This document shows, in pieces, positions 7,101-10,461 of a stretch of 10,461 nucleotides of DNA (within the stretch, counting starts at the first letter, position 1; each line of letters starts with the position of its first letter). The stretch comes from Breznakia blatticola (GTDB lineage: Bacteria; Bacillota_I; Bacilli_A; Erysipelotrichales; Erysipelotrichaceae), in NCBI RefSeq assembly GCF_004365815.1, contig NZ_SODD01000058.1, positions 1 to 10,461 of the forward strand. The letters are read 5' to 3'. The translations under genes and the position numbers were made by a program. The notes beneath the pieces are model-generated. The model saw only the letters and a list, made by a program, of their open reading frames with translations. It made no database searches and was not told the origin of the DNA.

Positions 7101-8924
7101 CGCCTTAAAGTTAAGCGCAGGACGATCTACTTTATAGTATTCAAGAGCCTCATCACAGGCTTTAACTAATTGTTTCCATTCCTTTAATGTAAACTTAATT
7201 TTTGCCGATGTTTTATCTTGAATCAGTGTATCATCTGTTGCAGTTGAATTTTCGTCAATCAATAATTGTGCATCTGCTTTAATAGTCAAAATTTGCGTTT
7301 TTAAATCCGCTAAAGTTGTAAAATCACTTACTTTCAAATATGAGTTATCGCCTTTTCCTGGAGAACCAAAATTCACAATCATGCGCTCTCTTTGGTGACC
7401 ATACCCATCAGGTTCTGTAACTACCGTCCAGGATTTATTAGTAGCGCGTACTGTTGCCTCAACTGCTTGCATATCTGCATCTGTATCACCAGCTGGGGCA
7501 ATGTACTGCATTCCTCCTTTTTGACTATCTGTTCCACCTATCAAAACGTTATAATTCATACTAAACGCTTCGAATGTTCTATTCGAATCACTATCACGTA
7601 AATAAATCGGAGCTGCTATACGAACAGAAACACCATTATCTCTCCATTTATCCTCGGGGAAAGCATTGAATGTTTGGTGAAAATCTACATATTCTTCAAA
7701 AATCAATGGTTCATAATCATATGGTGTATTGATATCAAATTGGTGAGACGCATAATCACTTATTACTACGTTCCATTGGATAGTTTTTGTACTATCTTGA
7801 TAGTTAGTAAACACTTTCGATGAAGGTCTTGGACCATCTTGAATTACCCCAGGATTTGTACTATCAGGCCTATCAATCCAGTCAATCTCCGCAAATGTTT
7901 CTCCATTGCGATCAATAACAACTTTATCTCCCTTTTTACCACCACTAAATCTAGCATCACCTTTCATATTACCTTGCATATCGGTCAATGTAGGTAAGTC
8001 AACATCTGGTTCTGGATCAAATGTGATTACATAAAACAAAGTATATGTACCATCGCTGTTTTTTACTTTTTCTACAGTTCCAACAGCAAGTTTTCTATTT
8101 AGATTTGGATCAATTAAATCTTTCTCTCCAAAATCCAAACTATTTACTAACGCTTCTGACGCACTCAATGTCAATAACTCAAATTTAATGTAATCCCCAG
8201 CTTCATAACCTTTAGCATTAGAGTCTTTTATACCCCAATCCATTTGATAGTAAATCGCAGGATTACCAAAAGTCGCCCATTCAAGTTTACTAGATCCTGT
8301 TTTACTTCCGTTAACCTCATGATACACTTCATGTTTTACTGCACCATCATACGTAGCCATTTCTAAAATTAATTCCTTAATTATAAAATCGTTTGTTACA
8401 TCTGTTCCAGGTGAATTATTAAAATATGGTGTAATTGCTTGTTGTAAAGCCAATGTCTTCGTGTATGTTGTATCGTTGTGGTCTTTAAACACTAAGTTTG
8501 CATCTTTATCCGTATTTACTTTTGCATTTACACGCAAATTTCCCTTAAGTACTGCATTTTCATCTACTGCACTTTGCTTAATGTTAAATACAATCTTTTG
8601 ATTTGTTACATCCACAACTGCAGTTCCCACTTCAACTCCATTTGTGTTTGTTAGTGCTGCTTGCAGCGCATCAACAAGTTGTAACTCCTCTGGAAAGTAT
8701 AGTCTCTTTTCTGACAATGTATCTTCATCATTTGTCAGATCCCATGAGAGGTCCACACCTACCATTTCATCTTTTTTAAACAGCTCAGATTCATCATCAT
8801 GTGTAATGTTGATTTGAGAAATCCATTCTGTTTCTTTAGCTAATACATTTGCATACTCACTCCCTGTGAAGTATGTAGCAATGAGTAACGTAAAAGCTAA
8901 ACATAATTTTGAAAGTTTCTTCAT
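1155..8924 (-). CDS. Giant (2589 aa) sortase-anchored fibrillar surface adhesin: signal peptide, Cna/MSCRAMM-like N-terminal region, CnaB/SpaA-type domains, 12 tandem Spy0128/FctA-type isopeptide domains, SPNTG sorting signal
   Basis: Uninterrupted 7770-nt ORF. AAGGAG Shine-Dalgarno 6 nt upstream of the ATG. N-terminal MKKLSKLCLAFTLLIATYF signal sequence. C-terminal SPNTG plus hydrophobic stretch plus KKRK. Domain motifs are itemised in the sub-features below. Confidence 0.95.
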   Translation of the reverse strand: MKKLSKLCLAFTLLIATYFTGSEYANVLAKETEWISQINITHDDESELFKKDEMVGVDLSWDLTNDEDTLSEKRLYFPEELQLVDALQAALTNTNGVEVGTAVVDVTNQKIVFNIKQSAVDENAVLKGNLRVNAKVNTDKDANLVFKDHNDTTYTKTLALQQAITPYFNNSPGTDVTNDFIIKELILEMATYDGAVKHEVYHEVNGSKTGSSKLEWATFGNPAIYYQMDWGIKDSNAKGYEAGDYIKFELLTLSASEALVNSLDFGEKDLIDPNLNRKLAVGTVEKVKNSDGTYTLFYVITFDPEPDVDLPTLTDMQGNMKGDARFSGGKKGDKVVIDRNGETFAEIDWIDRPDSTNPGVIQDGPRPSSKVFTNYQDSTKTIQWNVVISDYASHQFDINTPYDYEPLIFEEYVDFHQTFNAFPEDKWRDNGVSVRIAAPIYLRDSDSNRTFEAFSMNYNVLIGGTDSQKGGMQYIAPAGDTDADMQAVEATVRATNKSWTVVTEPDGYGHQRERMIVNFGSPGKGDNSYLKVSDFTTLADLKTQILTIKADAQLLIDENSTATDDTLIQDKTSAKIKFTLKEWKQLVKACDEALEYYKVDRPALNFKATVTTRVKVTQAETGAIDKVSNGYRVSGGWTENSKNAEALNSWGGTITAKPVNGDVVIYKADSLYGNSTSKDDDSAIHGGLGNAKFKIYRKTDLTTPLTFKYADGKYEYNAGATDTEISSPDGSGRFIITKLAEGDYVLVEVASPDGFYQTQNQSIEFKISSTAITYKLLNNVPRSVELKKVDEKTKDALAGAVFELYKYDSDINNATKVTGFTKTQIAGEDWYFHDSTGTDALEVISSGADKGKLRISRLDAGNYYFKEIVAPSTYAVSNEKYTFTLDENYSNGVTTVDIGDIENKLYTATGDITFAGTKTLTGRNFKAGDTYSFKLYGVVGGFETPLDTKTITPTSGSSETFTFKKLNYTLEDAGKTYTYKIKEEVGSISGVTYATNEYTASYEITDNGDGTLSVTKTSGTDLTTAADVAFTNTYAATGSIAFGGTKTLTGRNFASGDTFTFELYKVTGSGDQIVDTQTINPTSGSSETFTFKTLNYTLADKGQTYTYKIVETGGSIAGVTYDTTVYTADYTITDNGDGTLSVTKASGTDLTSASDVTFTNTYAATGSIAFAGTKTLTGRDFASGDSFTFELYEVTGSGDQIIDTKTITPTSGTSETFTFKTLNYTLADKGQTYTYKIIEKPGTVAGVTYDTTEYTASYTITDNGNGTLSVTKASGTDLTSATAVEFENTYGAVGNIKFAGTKTLTGRNFASGDTFTFELYRVDGSGAQLIDTKTITPTSGSSEAFTFKTINYALADKGNTYTYKIKETIGNISGVTYDTTEYTATYDITDNGNGTLSATKKSGTDLTSASDVTFTNTYAASGNITFAGSKTLTGRDFKAGDTYSFELIGVVGGFETPLDTQTITPTTGSSETFTFKTLNYTLADKGNTYTYKIKETIGNISGVTYDTTEYTANYTITDNGDGTLSVTKTSGTDLTSSTAVTFTNTYAATGSIAFGGTKTLTGRNYQSGDTFSFELYKVTGSGDQLLDTQTINPTSGTSETFTFKTLDYTLADKGQTYTYKIVETSGSVAGVTYDTTVYTANYTITDNGNGTLSVTKASGTDLSSASDVTFTNTYAATGSIAFAGTKTLTGRNFAASDTFSFELYKVTGSGDQIIDTQTINPTSGTSETFTFKTLDYTLVDKGQTYTYKIVEKAGTVAGVTYDTTVYTADYTIADNGDGTLSVTKASGTDLTSAAAVEFENTYGAAGNIKFAGTKTLTGRNFASGDSFTFELYKVDGSGDQLLDTKTINPTSGSSEAFTFKTLNYALEDKGKTYTYKIVEKAETLAGVTYDTTVYTATYDITDNGNGTLSATKKSGTDLTSASDVTFTNTYAATGSIAFAGTKTLTGRNFAASDSFTFELYKVDGSGDQLIDTQTITPTSGSSKTFTFKTLNYTLADKGQTYTYKIVEKAGSIAGITYDTTEYTANYTVADNGDGTLSVTKASGTDLTSAAAVEFENTYAAVGSITFAGSKTLTGRNFTAGDTFTFELYKVDGSGDTLLETKVINPTSGSNEAFTFNALSYSLADKGKTYTYKIVEKAESIAGITYDTTTYTASYEIEDGGDGTVVATRKSGTDLTSSTDVAFENTYAANASIAFSGTKALSGRDFKAGDTFTFELYAKVGGLDVLIDTKTITPTSGSNETFTFKTLNYTLADKDQLRTYKIKEKVENISGITYDTTEYTATYEVTDNGDGTLRLTRKSGTDLTSASDVTFTNTYAANGSVSFAGTKTLTGRNFTATDVFSFDLYKVEGSVETLVDTQTINPTNGSSETFTFKTMNYTLADKGKTYTYKIVEKAGSIDGITYDTTTYTATYEIVDNGDGTLAVQRKTGTDLTHAPSVSFVNAYKAIITKGDVVLHKIDSASKNALEGAEFSLYKADGTLVTEKLVSDANGVISAANLDEGNYYFQETKAPKGYQLNKEKINFEIKANQTTAVSLMFENKKTPDKPVVFRPSTSPNTGDPNNTPYYLFMLLLSGVVISGTSFKFARAKKRK
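1158..1271 (-). other. C-terminal cell-wall sorting signal with non-canonical SPNTG motif
   Basis: 1257-1271 reverse-complements to TCA CCA AAC ACA GGT = S-P-N-T-G. This is followed by DPNNTPYYLFMLLLSGVVISGTSFKF (hydrophobic) and ARAKKRK (positive tail), the tripartite LPXTG-type organisation. Confidence 0.8.
1308..1580 (-). other. C-terminal CnaB/SpaA-type (prealbumin-like fold) stalk domain, aa about 2449-2539
   Basis: GDVVLHKIDSASKNALEGAEFSLYKADGTLV...VISAANLDEGNYYFQETKAPKGYQL matches the familiar pattern K.D....L.GA.F.L......G......L..G.Y...E..AP.GY of CnaB/SpaA domains. Confidence 0.7.
1593..6200 (-). repeat. 12 head-to-tail in-frame 384-bp (128-aa) tandem repeats, each a Spy0128/FctA-type pilin isopeptide-linkage domain
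   Basis: Exact 384-bp period with no indels. Units in gene order: R1 5817-6200, R2 5433-5816, R3 5049-5432, R4 4665-5048, R5 4281-4664, R6 3897-4280, R7 3513-3896, R8 3129-3512, R9 2745-3128, R10 2361-2744, R11 1977-2360, R12 1593-1976. Consensus F.G.K.L.GR.F..GD.F.F.L...........T....G...F....Y.....TY.Y.I.E.....G..YD...Y........G.G.L...........F.N.Y fits the pilin isopeptide linkage domain family as I recall it (TIGR03786 / Pfam FctA). Confidence 0.93.
6210..6944 (-). other. Two consecutive CnaB/SpaA-type stalk domains (aa about 661-778 and 784-905)
   Basis: GNAKFKIYRKTD...GRFIITKLAEGDYVLVEVASPDGFY and LAGAVFELYKYD...GKLRISRLDAGNYYFKEIVAPSTYAV. Both show the GA.F.L...G......L..G.Y...E..AP..Y signature. 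Confidence 0.7.
6945..8837 (-). other. N-terminal putative ligand-binding (A-like) region, aa about 30-660, Cna/MSCRAMM-like Ig folds with a helical insert
   Basis: Patterns typical of MSCRAMM/Cna A-region subdomains: W..(gap)..AGDYIKFELL...DLIDPNLNRKLAVGTVEKV...TYTLFYVITF, then KTIQWNVVIS, then a closing SNGYRVSGGW...ALNSWGGTITA segment before the first CnaB domain. Family assignment rests on remembered motifs only and ligand specificity is unknown. Confidence 0.4.
8838..8924 (-). other. Sec-type signal peptide (aa 1 to about 29)
   Basis: Positively charged n-region MKKLSK, hydrophobic core LCLAFTLLIATYF, possible cleavage after ANVLA. The cleavage site is not computed. Confidence 0.75.
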
Positions 8925-8930
8925 AGTTAT

Positions 8931-8936
8931 CTCCTT
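8931..8936 (-). promoter_or_regulatory. Shine-Dalgarno site of the adhesin gene
   Basis: Plus-strand CTCCTT equals AAGGAG on the minus strand, 6 nt before the ATG at 8924. Confidence 0.85.
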
Positions 8937-8951
8937 AACTTCTATCCTTTA

Positions 8952-10250
8952 CTATCCAATTTCTATTTCTAATCTATTTCCGGCATAATCGTAAACATAA
9001 AACAAATCATGTACATCCAGTGGGCTGTAGATTTGTATAATGTTTGCTTCTATATCGTATGTGTAGTCATTAGACAATACTCCATTTCGATATAGTTCAA
9101 TTGTTGCGTAATTGATTTGTGATGCGTTATCACCTAAATATAATGTGTATAAAAACTCTTCATTTGTATGGTATCCTGTAGGACTTTCTACATCGATATT
9201 TGAAACCGTAATTTCAAATGCATCGATAACCTTTCCATCTTTTTCCAATTGAATGGTATATGTACCATTTTGAGCAACCTGTGTAGTTTGCACACCGTCA
9301 ATAAGTAGTCGATCATAATTTGTATTACTTGTATCAACTTCTATTTCTACTACTTGATTGGTCCATTCTTGATTAAAATGAACACCAGTTATTTTTGACA
9401 TTTCTGCAATAGCTGGTTGCTGAATCATTGGCAAAGCAAGAACTCCTCCACCAACTGGCTCACTTGGTCGTGAATGAATATATGCAGCACCTGTAAAGCA
9501 AACCGCTGCTGCAGTAGCAACTGCAACTTTTGTTTTAAATGCCATACCAAATAGCGTTCCTCCACCAAGGATTTTTTGTAGAATATCAGAATTCACACTA
9601 GCTCCTTCTGAACACAGTTCACTCAATAATCGATATGCTTGCTCCAACACACCTGGCGAAAGCAACAATACACTGTAACTTTTTGGTGATATCCCCTGTT
9701 TTTGCAAATCAACTCGTAATGTTTTTTTAATTTTGTTCAATCTTGAACTTACAGTGCCTCTAGGAATATTTAAGATTTTTGAAATTTCCTCTAACGGAAG
9801 TTCTTCATAATATCGTAAAATTCCGACACTCTTTAGTGGTATACTCATCGAGTTTAGTGAATCCATGATGGCATTCATCACTTGCTTGTTTTCAATAATC
9901 GTTGAAATATCATCTTGTTTTACATCCTCGAAATTATCCACTGCGTATCCATCCTCTAACGTAGTATATTTTTTCTCCTTCCGTGCATAGTTTAAGCACT
10001 CATTGTAAACGATTCGTTGAATCCAAGCGTGAAAGTACTTGGGATCGTTTAAATTTCTCAACTTCTTGTACACTTTGATAAAAACCTCTTGTAAGACATC
10101 ACTAGCCACCTGCTCATCTCTAAAGAAATGTGTTGCGATAAAATATACCTTATTGTAGTATGCTCTATAAATTTCGGAGAATGCATCCGTATCTCCTGAG
10201 ACTGCTTTTTCTATGATGTCAATTGACACTAAGTTATAAACTTCCTCCAC
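8952..10250 (-). CDS. ECF-type (group 4) sigma-70 family factor fused in one polypeptide to a linker, a single transmembrane helix and a roughly 175-aa extracytoplasmic Ig-like domain (432 aa)
   Basis: Open frame with GTG start preceded by AAGGGGG. The next in-frame Met is aa 125, so GTG is the only sensible start. Region 2 and region 4 motifs, the TM segment and the C-terminal domain are itemised below. Stop TAG at 8952-8954. Confidence 0.88.
   Translation of the reverse strand: MEEVYNLVSIDIIEKAVSGDTDAFSEIYRAYYNKVYFIATHFFRDEQVASDVLQEVFIKVYKKLRNLNDPKYFHAWIQRIVYNECLNYARKEKKYTTLEDGYAVDNFEDVKQDDISTIIENKQVMNAIMDSLNSMSIPLKSVGILRYYEELPLEEISKILNIPRGTVSSRLNKIKKTLRVDLQKQGISPKSYSVLLLSPGVLEQAYRLLSELCSEGASVNSDILQKILGGGTLFGMAFKTKVAVATAAAVCFTGAAYIHSRPSEPVGGGVLALPMIQQPAIAEMSKITGVHFNQEWTNQVVEIEVDTSNTNYDRLLIDGVQTTQVAQNGTYTIQLEKDGKVIDAFEITVSNIDVESPTGYHTNEEFLYTLYLGDNASQINYATIELYRNGVLSNDYTYDIEANIIQIYSPLDVHDLFYVYDYAGNRLEIEIG
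8955..9476 (-). other. Extracytoplasmic C-terminal beta-rich region, probably two Ig-like/beta-sandwich modules (aa about 259-432)
   Basis: Alternating beta-strand patterns: VVEIEVD, YTIQLEKDGKVIDAFEITVSNIDVESP, LYTLYLGD, ATIELYRNG, IIQIYSP. The terminal YDYAGNRLEIEI resembles the D.AGN motif that closes many bacterial Ig-like (Big) domains, and NID..(S)P resembles the boundary between such domains. Confidence 0.45.
9477..9527 (-). other. Predicted single transmembrane helix (aa about 242-258)
   Basis: Uncharged stretch VAVATAAAVCFTGAAYI, preceded by FKTK (positive-inside) and followed by HSRPSEP. It is Ala-rich and about 17-20 residues long. Assessed by eye only. Confidence 0.6.
9711..10193 (-). 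other. Sigma core-binding and DNA-binding portion: region 2 (aa about 20-90) and region 4 HTH (aa about 125-180), no region 3
   Basis: Region 2: DAFSEIYRAYYNKVYFIATHFFRDEQVASDVLQEVFIKVYKKL...FHAWIQRIVYNECLNYARK. Region 4.2: LPLKSVGILRYYEELPLEEISKILNIPRGTVSSRLNKIKKTLR. A short 35-aa linker separates them, which is the ECF hallmark. Confidence 0.85.
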
Positions 10251-10255
10251 TATAT

Positions 10256-10262
10256 CCCCCTT
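10256..10262 (-). promoter_or_regulatory. Shine-Dalgarno site of the sigma gene
   Basis: Minus strand reads GAAAGGGGGATATA-GTG. The G-rich SD lies 5 nt before the GTG at 10250, and an in-frame TGA lies 4 codons upstream of the start. Confidence 0.7.
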
Positions 10263-10312
10263 TCAGAAACATGTAGTTTTATCACACAAAATTACGCTTT
10301 ATTTATAACGGG

Positions 10313-10384
10313 ATTAAGTTAACCCAAACATAAGACATGTAAAAAACAAAAAAGTCTCACTTTATTTTAATGTCATTAAGTTAA
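10313..10384. repeat. Two copies of a 10-bp direct repeat ATTAAGTTAA (10313-10322 and 10375-10384) in the sigma upstream region
   Basis: Exact 10-mer seen twice, 62 bp apart. On the minus strand it reads TTAACTTAAT. Chance recurrence cannot be excluded in AT-rich DNA. Confidence 0.35.
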
Positions 10385-10395
10385 GAATCCATTAA

Positions 10396-10440
10396 CCAAG
10401 CAAAATTCATCGATGAAGTGAATTTTGCTTGGTTTTTTTG
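10396..10440 (+). terminator. Plus-strand-oriented intrinsic terminator-like hairpin with no annotated plus-strand gene upstream
   Basis: 14-bp perfect stem CCAAGCAAAATTCA (10396-10409) / TGAATTTTGCTTGG (10419-10432), 9-nt loop, then TTTTTTT (10433-10439). On the minus strand the hairpin is followed only by TTAATGG, so it is directional. Confidence 0.6.
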
Positions 10441-10461
10441 TTGTCTTCTAAAAGTTGTGTT

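Noticed and set aside
7155-7157. Possible thioester (TED) adhesin domain, as found in some pilus tip adhesins, centred on the single Cys (aa 590)
   Set aside because: The context is VKACDEAL rather than the (Y/F)C(I/V/L/M)(E/Q)-type motif. I found no partner TQ.A.W-like Gln motif, and the Cys sits in a predicted helix.
7392-7601. 69-aa plus-strand ORF inside the adhesin head region
   Set aside because: It is antisense to a 7.8-kb uninterrupted CDS, Cys/Ile-rich and nonsensical in translation, with no ribosome-binding site.
9070-9100. ECF-like promoter candidate for the adhesin inside the 3' end of the sigma gene (minus strand TTGAACTAT - 17 nt - TCTAAT, about 140 nt upstream of the adhesin ATG)
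   Set aside because: The resemblance to GAAC ... TCTAA/CGTC-type ECF promoters is loose and the spacing is at the long edge. No similar element occurs upstream of the sigma gene to suggest autoregulation, and such matches arise by chance in AT-rich coding DNA. It is worth testing only alongside TSS mapping.
10300-10395. preQ1-I-like or other small riboswitch (short GGG...CCC hairpin at 10310-10326 followed by an A-rich tail AAAAAACAAAAAAG) ahead of the plus-strand terminator
   Set aside because: The putative P1 stem has only three secure base pairs and I cannot match the conserved loop nucleotides from memory. Without a covariance-model scan this is pattern-matching on A-richness.
798-10461. 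Genomic island integrated at tRNA-Phe carrying the sigma-adhesin module
   Set aside because: There is no integrase, no direct repeat of the tRNA-Phe 3' end and no mobility genes in the window. Composition cannot be judged against the host genome from 10 kb, so this is kept only as a low-priority check.

Overview
Low-GC, Firmicutes-like window (the taxon is an inference from tRNA sequences, Shine-Dalgarno sites and sorting-signal style) with two convergent units. (1) Plus strand, about 160-921: a compact seven-tRNA operon, Arg(ACG)-Pro(TGG)-Met(CAT)-Ile2/Met(CAT)-Ser(TGA)-fMet(CAT)-Phe(GAA). All seven encode CCA. A sigma-A-type promoter precedes them and a strong intrinsic terminator follows. 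(2) Minus strand, 10250 down to 1155: a tightly coupled two-gene module. The first gene (8952-10250, GTG start) encodes an ECF-type sigma factor (regions 2 and 4 only). It continues in the same reading frame into a linker, one predicted transmembrane helix and a roughly 175-aa extracytoplasmic beta-rich, Ig-like domain, so it is a sigma factor tethered to its own putative sensor. Its stop lies 27 nt before the ATG of a 2589-aa wall-anchored fibrillar adhesin (1155-8924). The adhesin reads: signal peptide, about 630-aa Cna/MSCRAMM-like N-terminal region, two CnaB/SpaA-type domains, 12 exact-length tandem 128-aa (384-bp) Spy0128/FctA-type pilin isopeptide domains, one more CnaB/SpaA domain, then an SPNTG sorting signal with hydrophobic helix and KKRK tail. 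The 4.6-kb repeat array has a higher-order ABCD-ABCD-CD-A'X organisation and at least one 86-bp perfectly identical patch between adjacent diverged units. The most interesting candidate system is the fused sigma/sensor gene coupled to the adhesin gene. I saw no CRISPR array, no mobile-element genes and no sortase gene. All other ORFs in the six-frame track look spurious.
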